Counted from the stretch's first letter, positions 1 through 9,903 are shown. The stretch is DNA of 64,000 bases from Desulfatiglandales bacterium (GCA_963666345.1 OY762721.1:1152001-1216000); one strand, 5' to 3'. A program made the numbers and translations. The notes: generated from the letters alone by a model not told the origin.

Positions 1-41
1 AGATACTGAAGGAGCTCACCTGTTAATGTCAATTCTTCCAT
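1..41 (-). CDS. 5' end of a probable branched-chain amino acid ABC transporter permease (LivH-like), running off the window
   Basis: ATG at 41 with GGAG RBS; reads MEELTLTGELLQY; lies directly downstream of the Liv-type binding protein. Confidence 0.4.
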   Translation of the reverse strand, partial: MEELTLTGELLQY

Positions 42-60
42 ATTTACTCCCGTCAAAAGT

Positions 61-85
61 GAGGGGTGGCAGTTATGCCACCCTC
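61..85. terminator. Intergenic stem-loop after the binding-protein gene (terminator or mRNA-stabilising hairpin)
   Basis: GAGGGGTGGC-agttat-GCCACCCTC inverted repeat. Confidence 0.45.
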
Positions 86-115
86 ATCTGCTGACTTTGC
101 CGGCATGGGAATTTT

Positions 116-1279
116 TTAGTTTGCCGGTGCCCAGTTATCACCCTTAACTTTTACCAGGGTAAAAGATTCCTGCCAATTCAGGCCGATATGATCGTCCGCG
201 GACATGTTAAATGTACCATGTTGGCCGATAAAGTTTCTGGTATTTTCAACTTCGTTTCGGATACCTTCCTTGTCGCAGCCAACGGCCTTTATAGCCTTTA
301 CCACAAGCATGAGGGCATCCCATGCGTGTCCGCTGAAGGTGGCTATCGGCTCATTATATTTGGCCTCATAATCTGTAACAAACTTCATACAAACATCTTT
401 TTGCTGTGATTCCGGGAGTAGCGTAGCGATATTGCAAGGGCCGAGAGGGCAATGAACACCTTCAGCTGCGCCTGCTGCCAGTTCTATATTCTTGAGATTG
501 CCAAAGGCCTGGCTTCGATAAAGAGGGATTGAAGACATACCGAGATCTTGCCAGTTTCTCATCAAGACTACCGAGCTGGGGCCAATCCCCCAGTTACAAA
601 TTGCCTTAGCTCCTTTTGACTTGATTTTAGTCAATTGCGCTGTTATATCTTGATCTTTCGGCCCATAAGTCTCGTCTGCTACAATTTCCATTCCATATTT
701 GGGGGCTAATCGGAGCAGCTCTTGTCTGCCACTCTTACCAAATCCTGATGTAAGGGTTATGACAGCGATTTTATTTATACCTCGCTTTTTAAGATGTGAG
801 TAGTTGGCTTCCACACCCATTGTGTCGCTCTGAGGAGTCTTGAAGACCCATTTACGTATTTTTTTCGTCTTATCGTTGTAAACAATTTTATAACTGGCGG
901 CACAGGTCACAAGGGGTGTTTTAAGTCTTTTTGCTTCATCAACAATCGCAAGCGAAGTTCCGCTCAATGAAGGCCCTATTACCGCACAGACCTTGTCCTG
1001 CGTAACCAGTTTTCTAAAGAAAAGTCTTGTCTTGGTAGAATCGCCCTCAGTGTCGTAGAGAATTACTTCCAACTTTTTCCCATTGATGCCGCCCGATGTG
1101 TTGATTTGGTCAACCAATAAATTAACTGTTTTCTTTTCAGGATCACCAATAAATGATGCGCGTCCGGTTACAGAAAAAAGTGCCCCAACTTTGTATGAAT
1201 CGCCACTGAAAGCCAAGGTGGGGAGGATAAAGGATAATGAAATAAAGGTGCCTAATACAATAAATAAATGCTTTTTCAT
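116..1279 (-). CDS. ABC transporter substrate-binding protein, LivK/LivJ (type I periplasmic binding fold) family
   Basis: Signal peptide; motifs KVGALFSVTG, INTSGGINGKKLEVILYD, AVIGP, WDAL, GTFNMS. Confidence 0.9.
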   Translation of the reverse strand: MKKHLFIVLGTFISLSFILPTLAFSGDSYKVGALFSVTGRASFIGDPEKKTVNLLVDQINTSGGINGKKLEVILYDTEGDSTKTRLFFRKLVTQDKVCAVIGPSLSGTSLAIVDEAKRLKTPLVTCAASYKIVYNDKTKKIRKWVFKTPQSDTMGVEANYSHLKKRGINKIAVITLTSGFGKSGRQELLRLAPKYGMEIVADETYGPKDQDITAQLTKIKSKGAKAICNWGIGPSSVVLMRNWQDLGMSSIPLYRSQAFGNLKNIELAAGAAEGVHCPLGPCNIATLLPESQQKDVCMKFVTDYEAKYNEPIATFSGHAWDALMLVVKAIKAVGCDKEGIRNEVENTRNFIGQHGTFNMSADDHIGLNWQESFTLVKVKGDNWAPAN

Positions 1280-1559
1280 TCCTCTTTCTCCTATTTGCTA
1301 AAATTGACAAAATATAAAATCATACAAGAAAAACTTAAGCAATACTGAATTCACCCCCTTTCTTATCAAAATTTTGTGCTTCCGGGTTAGGTTGAAAACT
1401 ATGTTCGTATTACGTGAGTATTCTTTCTTTTCTCCAGGCGCCCAATCTTGATTTCACTGTCTCTATATTCCAGGCTCGTACATGATCAAGTTTTGAAAAA
1501 TTATCGGCCCGTTAATCAGCCCCTTTTTTCTTTATTACCTTGGCTGTGTTAGTGCACTG

Positions 1560-2010
1560 ATTGTATACATCACACCACAACGCTGGGTCTTACCCGGTGA
1601 GGGTTTTTGACTAACGATGAAACGCTCACACGCCTTGACATCGGTAAGGAATATTTTCCCAGGGATGCAGTGGTTGATATCATGGCGTACTTAGAGGTCG
1701 GTCTTTATTAAACCTTTCCCGATAGTACACCAAGTTAATGGAATGGGTTGTATCAATTAAAGAACCATCTAGCACCGTGAAGTCCCCAAGCTTCTTGTGA
1801 TTTATTTGGAACATGCTGCAAGTCAGAATATAATAGGTATCTAAGACTTTTAATCTCTGTCGAGTCCTGGTGTATTGTTGATCTAAAATAAACTGCTACC
1901 TTATACCCGCTTTGGGGCTATACTTTCTTGTGCAAAATCATATTCATTTGAGGACTTGCACGAGGTATTTCCTTTTAAAGTGCTCTTTAAGGTAAAAACA
2001 TATAGGGCAT
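1560..2010 (-). pseudogene. Heavily degraded IS4-family transposase remnant (limits approximate)
   Basis: Minus-strand fragments across frameshifts and stops: YLVQVLK / EYDFAQESIAPK / LGDFTVLDGSLID / DINHCIPGKIFLTD...ER, resembling IS4 DDE transposases. Confidence 0.65.
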
Positions 2011-2323
2011 CCGGCTGCCGGGGGAATTATATCTTAAAGATGCTGGTCAGGAGTTCGGATAGTTTGTTAGATAGCGGTGACTCTTTCTTCCTGCCTTCTG
2101 CTTTGATAATGTAACGAATGTCCTTAAAATGCATGTACTTCCAAATAACCTGAGGCTTTACAAAATAAGTTTTTCAATTATAGGGCATAAATTATCTTTT
2201 ACTTCATGACAATCGATTGCAAGTTTCTAATCGGATGAAAATATTATAAGGAAAGTTCTATTAGAGATGAGTTTCTTTCCATTCCTGTTCGCTATTATGC
2301 TAAAAGGCTTTTTGTTATTTTTT

Positions 2324-2339
2324 AGCAATATCTGTGCCG
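2324..2339 (-). promoter_or_regulatory. Sigma-54 (-24/-12) promoter facing the ABC transporter
   Basis: Reverse complement CGGCAC-AGATA-TTGCT with correct GG/GC spacing; identical to the site at 5022. Confidence 0.8.
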
Positions 2340-2532
2340 TATGGCCCATACCATTTTTAATAAAGGATTAAGGCTATTGTATTCAATAGCATAAGAACTC
2401 AAAGGGAGGGGGGTGGACATAGAAAAATATGGATAGAAATGGGAAGCTCAAAACTGCAATAAGTCAACACCCTGGCGGCCAAATTTAGGGGAGAATAAAA
2501 ATAAATTAATATTATCAACGTGATAACTGGAC

Positions 2533-2546
2533 TGGCAATATTGCAA
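2533..2546. promoter_or_regulatory. Candidate enhancer (UAS) for the PAS-bEBP
   Basis: TGGCAATATTGCAA near-palindrome about 195 bp upstream of the left sigma-54 site; similar to 4817-4830. Confidence 0.4.
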
Positions 2547-2547
2547 G

Positions 2548-4287
2548 TCATAATGGCATTTCTGCCGTTTTTAGCTTTCTGTAAATTGTTGCAGGGTCCA
2601 TCTTGAGGAATTTGGCAGCCTGCTTTACGCCACCATGTTTTTTAATTGCCGTTTTTAGCAGCGTTATCTCAAACTGTCTGACGGCATTCTTGAAGGAGCC
2701 CGCTTGCTGGATAGGATAATTGAGGAAGTCCTGTCTAAGCTCTGAGGGTAAGTCCTCCATGATGATTTCATCATGTGGGGTAACCAAAACGAGTCTTTCA
2801 ATTAAATTGATCAGTTCTCTGACATTTCCGGGCCATTGAAAACCTATTAGATAATCGATTACTTCTCGAGAAAAAAAGGCATTTTTATCATATTTGAGAT
2901 TGGTCTTTTCGAGAAAGAAATTGATCATATGAAGAATATCGTCCGGTCTTTCCCTAAGAGGTGGGATAAAAATGGGAATGACGTTTATGCGAAAATAGAG
3001 ATCCTTCCTGAAAGTTCCCTTTTCCACCATAGCTTTTAGATCACGGTTGGTAATAACGATGAGCCGAACGTCAACCTTCTTGGGCGTAACACTTCCAATC
3101 CTTACGATCTCAAGGTCCTGAATCGTCCTTAAAATCTTGACCTGAAGGTTTTGAGGCATCTCTCCTATCTCATCCAGGATTAGGGTTCCTCCTTCGGCAG
3201 CTTCGAAAAGGCCTTGTTTGCCCTTTACATCGGCACCGGTAAAGGCACCATGCTCGTAGCCAAAAAGCTCCGACTCCAGAAGATTCTCAGGTATGGCCCC
3301 ACAGTTTATTTTGAGCAGGGGACTGCTGTTGCGCGTTGAGTGCCTGTGAATATAGTTGGCAATAACCTCTTTGCCTACTCCTGTCTCGCCCGTTATGAGC
3401 ACAGGGGCATCCACCTGAGCAACACGCCCGGCCAGTTCAAAGGCTTGCCTGATTGCCTTGGATTCAGCTACAATCTGGGCCTTTTCAAAGTGGTGCGTCT
3501 TAAGCCTTTCTATCTTTTCATGGTATTGACTGTAAGGCCTTTTAGATTCAATGTTTTTACTTGATAGCCGCCTGATATCGCTTAGTTCCCTGACGTTACT
3601 GACAACCATGGTGATATCGCCGTTGTCATCAAATATCGGAGTTGCAGTGACAAGGGTCTCTTTTCCAGTGAACCATCTTTTCTGTAGCGTGAGTGTTCGC
3701 TTTTCCTTGAGTACCATTTTGGTTGCTGACCGGTTTGAAAAATACCCCTCCGTTTCCAGTTCAGCGACATTCTGTCCCAGGACCTCTCTGGCCGAAACTC
3801 CAGTTATTTTTTCCCAGGAGGGATTTACGCGTATTATGTTGCCTTCGCCGTCGGTGATAAAAAAGCCGTCGTAGGATGAATCAATAATCGCAACCATCTC
3901 TTCAATCATGTGGCGGCAGTTTTCACATTCAAGGAGGTTTTCTTCAACGCCTGAGACATCCTGAATTAGAATCATAACTCTGATAACCGTATCTTTGTCT
4001 ATGATAGGGATCTGATTGACAACAATAGTACGGTCATCCCATTCGACCCTCTTTTCTATCTCATGTTCGGCTCCAATCAGGATATCCTGGAAGTCCTTCC
4101 ATGCCTCAGGGATGATGTCGGAAATATGCTTCCTTTCCAGTTCATCGGTTGAAAGTTTCAGTATCTTGATAGCTTCAGGATTAAAAAAGGTAATCAGGCC
4201 CTGGGGGTCAGTTATAATGATGCCCTTGGAGGGTAATTCAAGCATCTTCTTATTCGTTTCTTGTTCACCCTGCAATATACGATTCAT
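2548..4287 (-). CDS. Sigma-54-dependent transcriptional activator (2x PAS, AAA+, Fis HTH)
   Basis: GETGVGKE Walker [28 protein letters not shown]-terminal HTH. Confidence 0.95.
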   Translation of the reverse strand: MNRILQGEQETNKKMLELPSKGIIITDPQGLITFFNPEAIKILKLSTDELERKHISDIIPEAWKDFQDILIGAEHEIEKRVEWDDRTIVVNQIPIIDKDTVIRVMILIQDVSGVEENLLECENCRHMIEEMVAIIDSSYDGFFITDGEGNIIRVNPSWEKITGVSAREVLGQNVAELETEGYFSNRSATKMVLKEKRTLTLQKRWFTGKETLVTATPIFDDNGDITMVVSNVRELSDIRRLSSKNIESKRPYSQYHEKIERLKTHHFEKAQIVAESKAIRQAFELAGRVAQVDAPVLITGETGVGKEVIANYIHRHSTRNSSPLLKINCGAIPENLLESELFGYEHGAFTGADVKGKQGLFEAAEGGTLILDEIGEMPQNLQVKILRTIQDLEIVRIGSVTPKKVDVRLIVITNRDLKAMVEKGTFRKDLYFRINVIPIFIPPLRERPDDILHMINFFLEKTNLKYDKNAFFSREVIDYLIGFQWPGNVRELINLIERLVLVTPHDEIIMEDLPSELRQDFLNYPIQQAGSFKNAVRQFEITLLKTAIKKHGGVKQAAKFLKMDPATIYRKLKTAEMPL

Positions 4288-4816
4288 TGATTCTCTTTCA
4301 TGACTTATCGATGTTCTGAATGATGTTTACTTCAAAATCGTCTTTATATCCGGAGCAAGCCAAAGAAATCTTACCCCATATATCAAAGCAAAACCAGCAT
4401 TAACACCCCTAATATATAATGATATCTAACATATCATGCCATGATATTCAATGATGTTCGTTGAGTTTATAAAACACCGAAACCGGCAATAAGTGCCTTA
4501 ACTTAGCAAAATGGTATGATTCGCCCAATCCACCGGCGAATGATAACCATGTAAGTCTATTCTGCGAAAGGACAACAGAGCAAAACGAGTCCCAAAACAA
4601 AAGATCCAAATGCAACAATGCTTTCAACTAAAACTCATATTCGATTCCCTATGAATATCCGATTTAGCTTGTCTTTGAGGCTATTTTCTTATTAATTTAA
4701 TAATAAATATAAAAGGATGTAAGCTATCATTATTGGATTAAATGTATATGCAGGATCGAAGTATAGGCATATTGCTATTTCCATAAACTTGAAAACTGCA
4801 AGTTCGCGATAATAAG

Positions 4817-4830
4817 CTGCAAAAATGCAA
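4817..4830. promoter_or_regulatory. Candidate enhancer (UAS) for the PAS-bEBP
   Basis: CTGCAAAAATGCAA about 190 bp upstream of the right sigma-54 site. Confidence 0.4.
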
Positions 4831-5021
4831 ATGCTTTATCCTATTGATAACATTAAAAAAAATAATTTTATTTATAAAATTAGAGCTGGATAAGATGATA
4901 TTATGCGGCTTTACCTCTCTGCTTTTCTCCAATAAAGTTCAGTGCATATTTCCCCCTTTTGTACCCTTATCCTGTCGAATACAATAGACTTAATCCTTTA
5001 TTAAAGCTGGCAGGGGTCATA

Positions 5022-5037
5022 CGGCACAGATATTGCT
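5022..5037 (+). promoter_or_regulatory. Sigma-54 (-24/-12) promoter for the methyltransferase cluster
   Basis: CGGCAC-AGATA-TTGCT. Confidence 0.85.
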
Positions 5038-5303
5038 GAAGAAAAGGCTGATTCCTCGGTGGAATAGTCGTTTATGTTTTTTTGTCTGCATTGGTAAATG
5101 GGGAACTGAAGGGATTTGGTGAAAAGCTGAAAAAGGCCTTTGGAACAAGTTATAAAATCCCAACTTACTCGATTGTGAATCAGTGAGGGGACTTTTATTA
5201 ATGCATATCTAAAGTGGATGTTTCTCCGTATGTCTATTTGGGAGAAGGTGATAAAAGTTTTTCCAGGCACTTCATTTATAATTTTTATGGCCCCTATTCA
5301 ACC

Positions 5304-5436
5304 GCTTTGAGAAAATAGGACCGGATTTAATCGCGGCGGTTATCCTACCTGTTTGGAGAAGTTTGGGGGTGATGTAAAGAGTGGAGATTATAAGCTCGAT
5401 GTGAAAGATATCACCCAGCTACTCAAAGAGGCCATC
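5304..5436 (+). pseudogene. C-terminal remnant of a CCG-domain (HdrD/GlpC-like) Fe-S oxidoreductase
   Basis: EKIGPDLIAA, then a frameshift, then YPTCLEKFGGDVKSGDYKLDVKDITQLLKEAI, resembling the ...ATACPxC...VxDIxELLxEA terminus. Confidence 0.5.
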
Positions 5437-5516
5437 TTACGGATTGATCATCCGGAAAAACAGAAACCGTTATCGCACCCGAGGATTTTTAAAGACTTTA
5501 TAAGAAGGAGTATTTC

Positions 5517-6899
5517 ATGAAGATTTCGTTGCCGGAAATTTTATTGAGGTCAAAAGAGGGCCAGTTTATGGAGGAAAAGCAATTTGACCTGGCCCTCTTT
5601 AAAAAGACCCAGGAGCTCCAAAAAAAATACCACATCAAATATGATCCGGGAAAACCCCTGGACACCGAAGGGGACTTGGCAGACAGGATCTATCAGGCTG
5701 GAGTTGAACTTTTTACGGAACTTGGGACTTTTTGTGTCACCACCAATAGGGTTATCAATGTATCGGAAAAAGAGCTTTTTGCCGCCATTGATACTTGCCC
5801 AGAGGAAATTGAATTAGGCCAGGGAAATGAGCGGGTCAAGATGGGCCATCGAGATGTAGAAGGCGATCAGCAGGTCGTTGTGGTAGCAGGTATTCAAACC
5901 GCACCCTACAGCGACGAAGCTCATATGTTCATGATTTACAAGGGATGTGCCATGGATCGCTGTGTGGACGGGATATGGGGAGGCATCCTTTTGAAGAACG
6001 ACGGTAAGTACGATGTCATAGCTGGCACACCATCCGAGATCTATCAGTACAGAAAAACGGTGGAAATACTGAGAAAGGCCGTTACTGCGGCGGGGCGACC
6101 AGGGCTGATTACCATCAGCAATGCGCCGACCAGTGGAGCCACCATTGCCATGTTTGATGAAGAAATGGGACTTCGACGCACCGATTACATGGAAAGCACT
6201 GGCATGTCGGAGTTGAAGGTGGCCTATGATGACCTGAATCGATCGGCCTTTGCCCTTGCCCACGGGGTAAGCATCCACGGCACCCACAGCTCCACCATCG
6301 GAGGATTTTCAGGCAACCCTGAAGGCGCAACAATAACGGCTGTGGCGGGAAGCCTTCAACTTATAGCAATACATTTTGCAGATAGCTTTCGATGCGGTAC
6401 TGTAGATTCAAGAATCAAGGCCCGTCAGAGTAGAAGTCAGTTATGGTCGGCAGGTTCAGCCATTCAGGCGCTTAGCAGGAACACCAAGCTTATCGTTGAC
6501 GGCAGTATTGGAGACCACCCGGCAGCAGGTCCCGGCACCAAACAATATTTTTATGAGAGCGCGGCAGGCCATATTGTATCGACGGTAATGGGAGGTCATT
6601 CCACAGAGGGAACCCGTAAATTCACAGTGGGAAACACCTGTAATTACGGGACGCCTCTTGAGTCCCGATGGATGGGGGAAGTTTGCAAGGCGGCCGTAGG
6701 TATGGATCGAAAAACGGCGGAGCAAATCGTCTTGTATCTTTTAAGCAAATACGAAGACCATCTCATGGATGCTCCTGAAGGAGAGACTTTCGATGGCCTT
6801 TATGACCCGAAGCATATGTTACCCAACCAACATTATCAGACCCTGTATGACGAAGTCAAAAAGGAGCTTAAGGATATTGGAATCAATTTTATCGATTAA
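5517..6899 (+). CDS. MtmB-family corrinoid methyltransferase homolog 1, no pyrrolysine
   Basis: Colinear with monomethylamine methyltransferase MtmB motifs (AGRPG, ELK, GGFSG, AGPGT, LESRWMGEV, APEGETF..LYD); Ile200 (ATC, 6114-6116) at the Pyl-equivalent site. Confidence 0.85.
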   Translation: MKISLPEILLRSKEGQFMEEKQFDLALFKKTQELQKKYHIKYDPGKPLDTEGDLADRIYQAGVELFTELGTFCVTTNRVINVSEKELFAAIDTCPEEIELGQGNERVKMGHRDVEGDQQVVVVAGIQTAPYSDEAHMFMIYKGCAMDRCVDGIWGGILLKNDGKYDVIAGTPSEIYQYRKTVEILRKAVTAAGRPGLITISNAPTSGATIAMFDEEMGLRRTDYMESTGMSELKVAYDDLNRSAFALAHGVSIHGTHSSTIGGFSGNPEGATITAVAGSLQLIAIHFADSFRCGTVDSRIKARQSRSQLWSAGSAIQALSRNTKLIVDGSIGDHPAAGPGTKQYFYESAAGHIVSTVMGGHSTEGTRKFTVGNTCNYGTPLESRWMGEVCKAAVGMDRKTAEQIVLYLLSKYEDHLMDAPEGETFDGLYDPKHMLPNQHYQTLYDEVKKELKDIGINFID

Positions 6900-6911
6900 T
6901 GGAGAAAAAAT

Positions 6912-7574
6912 ATGGAAATAGAAAATTTGGCTGAAGAACACAAACAAATCTTGGATTCACTTATGCGAGCCATAGTCGACATAGATGACGAAAAAGCCAC
7001 GACCATCGCCGAAAAAATCATTGAACAAGAAATCAATCCTAGCCTTGCCATCAAATATTCCATCTCGAATGCTGCTATAGGGATTGGAGAAAAATTTGAT
7101 TCTGGAGAATACTTCCTTGCCCATCTTGTCATGGCTGGAGATTTGATGGCTTCGGTGGGCAAAATCCTGGAGCAAAATATCCCTATAGAAACACGCGAAA
7201 GAAAAAAAGTAGCCGTCATCGGTGCAGTGCAGGGCGATATGCATACTGTAGGAAAGAACCTGGTGTCTACCATGTTACGTTCCGGCGGATTTGAGGTCTA
7301 TGATATGGGAGTCGACGTGCCCAGCATGGCATTTATAGAAAAGGCAAAAGAACTTGATGCAGACCTGATTGCCCTCTCTTCTCTGCTAACCACAACAATG
7401 CCCTATCAGAAAGAGGTAATTGAGGATCTGGCAGCAATGGGTCTCAGAGACCGTTTCAAGGTTATGGTGGGTGGGGGTCCTGTAACAAGAAGCTATGCTG
7501 AAAAAATTGGGGCTGATGGGTATGGTAAAGACGCCATCGAAGCACTAGAAGAAGCGAAGAAAATTTGCGCATAA
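6912..7574 (+). CDS. Methyltransferase cognate corrinoid (B12-binding) protein, MtmC/MttC-like
   Basis: DMHTVGKNLV (DxHxxG), SSLLTTTM, VMVGGGPVT..A..IGADGY, N-terminal cap domain. Confidence 0.92.
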   Translation: MEIENLAEEHKQILDSLMRAIVDIDDEKATTIAEKIIEQEINPSLAIKYSISNAAIGIGEKFDSGEYFLAHLVMAGDLMASVGKILEQNIPIETRERKKVAVIGAVQGDMHTVGKNLVSTMLRSGGFEVYDMGVDVPSMAFIEKAKELDADLIALSSLLTTTMPYQKEVIEDLAAMGLRDRFKVMVGGGPVTRSYAEKIGADGYGKDAIEALEEAKKICA

Positions 7575-7599
7575 CAATATAATATGAAAGGCTTATGAG

Positions 7600-8967
7600 A
7601 TGATATCTTTGTATGAAATTGCCGAAAGAACTCAAACTGGTGAAAAAGTGGAAGAAAAGAAATGGGATATGGAATTCTACCAAAACATCAGTGAGCTTCT
7701 CAAGAAATACCAAATACAGACCCCTGACGACCACTGCTATATTAATATGGATGATGAATTGCCTGAAAGAGCCTTTGAGGCAGCTATCGAATTTTTGGAA
7801 AAAACTGGGATCTACTGCATTACTACCAGAAGACGGATAAAGCTCACTAGAGAGGAAATCCTAACTGCAATTAACGAAGCTCCTACTGAAATTTTGATGG
7901 GCGAAGGAAGGGACCGAAGGGTCTGGAAACAACGCAGCATAGAAGAAAAGGAGAAGGTTAATGTCTGTCCAGGCCATCATACTCCTTTTACGGAAGATTT
8001 GGCAGGACTTGTGGTGAGTAATTTTGCCCAGATCCCCAGGACCGACTTTATTGAAGGATTCAATTTTTCCGAAGTCGATGGTCGAGAAATAATGGGGCCA
8101 CCCATGGAAGTATACGCTTCCAGGCGCCAGGTGGGATGGATGAGAGAAGGCATTCGTAAGGCTGGAAGGCCTGGCTTGGCCATTGTCTATTATCCTATTA
8201 ATACGAGAGCGGAAGATCTTATAGGTGCAATAGACCCCGATCATGGGATCAGAAGAACAGACGGCGTCTTGCTTTCCCTTTTGCCGGATTTGAAAATGGA
8301 ACAAGATATGCTATCAGCAGCCATTGTCTACGAGGAATATGGATCCTTTAAACTGAGCGGCAGTTTTGCCATCGCAGGTGGATTCTGTGGCGGTATGGAA
8401 GGCGCAATCATCGAAGGGATCGCTAAGCCTATTGCAGCCATGATTGCCTATCGGGACTATATCAATTACACCGGCGTAGAACATGTTCATATGCTTAACG
8501 CAAGAGTAATTCTGCTTCCATGGATCAATTGGGCTCGTTCCGTTGTGAATCAGGCCTTAAACCGTTTCACTCACACACTGTGTATGCGCTGGATCATACC
8601 AACCTCGGGGCCGGGTACCGAATTGAATCTTCTTGAAGGTGCAATGCAATCCATTGAGGCCCCCATAAATGGTATGAATCTCTATGCTCCAAGGCATTGC
8701 CGAACGACGGTTAACCATGGACAAACACCACTGGAAGCTGAATGGATGATTCAGGTTAGCGATGCGGTAATTGAACAGGGATTCGACAGACGAGCAGCTG
8801 ATGAAATTTTGTCGAAGATTGCCGATGTTATTAAGGATGAAAAGCCGGCAGAAGGCTTTGATATAACTCAGTGTTATGATCTTGTTCACCACAGACCACT
8901 GCCAGAATACCAAAACGTCTACATGAAAGTAAAAACGGAACTTGCAAATATGGGTCTGAAAATTTAA
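7600..8967 (+). CDS. MtmB-family corrinoid methyltransferase homolog 2, no pyrrolysine
   Basis: AGRPG, GGFCGG, SGPGTE, TPLEAEWM, QCYD motifs; Val196 (GTC, 8185-8187) at the Pyl-equivalent site. Confidence 0.85.
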   Translation: MISLYEIAERTQTGEKVEEKKWDMEFYQNISELLKKYQIQTPDDHCYINMDDELPERAFEAAIEFLEKTGIYCITTRRRIKLTREEILTAINEAPTEILMGEGRDRRVWKQRSIEEKEKVNVCPGHHTPFTEDLAGLVVSNFAQIPRTDFIEGFNFSEVDGREIMGPPMEVYASRRQVGWMREGIRKAGRPGLAIVYYPINTRAEDLIGAIDPDHGIRRTDGVLLSLLPDLKMEQDMLSAAIVYEEYGSFKLSGSFAIAGGFCGGMEGAIIEGIAKPIAAMIAYRDYINYTGVEHVHMLNARVILLPWINWARSVVNQALNRFTHTLCMRWIIPTSGPGTELNLLEGAMQSIEAPINGMNLYAPRHCRTTVNHGQTPLEAEWMIQVSDAVIEQGFDRRAADEILSKIADVIKDEKPAEGFDITQCYDLVHHRPLPEYQNVYMKVKTELANMGLKI

Positions 8968-9421
8968 GGTTCTTCTCCAACTTAGTTGGCGAAGAGGGTC
9001 CAAGGACCCTGGGAGTCAAGGCCCGCCCTGTCGCGACTCTGTGATCACTTAAATTATAGGCCAAGCTCCACATTGCCGACAATTTATTGACAATCCAGTA
9101 AGGTTAATAGGTCTGGGCCAGGGGTTCAAGGGATTGTTTTCTAAAGAGTTTATCAGCATTTTTAACAAGATTTATTGATCTCCGTGTAATTTATGTTGTT
9201 TGAGAATTTTTGATTTATTCTATATACCTGAAAAGCGTTCGTGGGATTTCTGCAACAGCTTTAAATCTTTGTAATGCTTTAGCGGTGTTATCAGCCGTTT
9301 CAATGGAGCACTCGAATCCTTGAATCCTCGACCCCTTCGAAACTGGGAACCCGCTGCGAAGCAGTGGGACTGAGCGAAGCAAAGAGTCCTTCATTTAGAT
9401 CAACTCTTTTGGAGATGGACC
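8968..9421. mobile_element. Non-autonomous TIR element, copy A, with internally deleted four-helix-bundle gene remnant
   Basis: Starts GGTTCTTCTCCAACTTAGTTGG and ends TTGGAGATGGACC; homologous to 15746-16277 and 63248-63680; minus strand LKHYKDLKLLQKS...LINSLEN; no clean target duplication. Confidence 0.75.
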
Positions 9422-9468
9422 CCAAATCTTTAATTGAGCCCATACCAATATCCTCTCAACATTATTAA

Positions 9469-9526
9469 AGCGAACACCCGGCTTCAGCACGTGCCATTAG
9501 GCGTCCGCTGAAAGCCGATGTTCGCT
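9469..9526 (-). repeat. attC-like site (58 bp)
   Basis: Minus strand AGCGAAC-atc-GGCTTTCAGC...GCTGAAGCC-gggt-GTTCGCT with an unpaired base in the L box. Confidence 0.75.
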
Positions 9527-9894
9527 GCCCCTTTTCTTTCGTTCCATGTTTGCGGATAGTAGAGCTTCAACACATTCCAAAATCTTTCACGAACCACCTG
9601 TTTCCCATTATGATAATCTTCGAAAAAGCCAACTTCATTCCATTCTGGGGGATAGCAGTAGCGTTCACCATCTTCGCCATATTGGCATACCCAAAAATCC
9701 GGCTCTTCTGGATCAATGACCTTGAAACAATCATCGTCATAAAGAACGGGATCATTACCATATGGTTTCGAATCCGCATCTGTAAGCAGCCTATATGCGC
9801 CTGCTTCAATTCCGAGGACCTCATATATACGGCCTATAGTAAGGGATAGACTATACCCCTTGGAATCTTTGAGCTTTATGGGTGATACTTTCAT
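9484..9894 (-). CDS. Hypothetical gene-cassette protein (likely start 9894; frame runs into the attC)
   Basis: Open frame bounded by GTTCGCTGC and GCAGCGAAC cassette cores. Confidence 0.65.
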   Translation of the reverse strand: MKVSPIKLKDSKGYSLSLTIGRIYEVLGIEAGAYRLLTDADSKPYGNDPVLYDDDCFKVIDPEEPDFWVCQYGEDGERYCYPPEWNEVGFFEDYHNGKQVVRERFWNVLKLYYPQTWNERKGAANIGFQRTPNGTC

Positions 9895-9903
9895 AATTTT
9901 AGC

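Noticed and set aside
5517..8967. Pyrrolysine recoding in the MtmB homologs
   Set aside because: Both frames are open with no in-frame TAG, and no pyl genes are in the window
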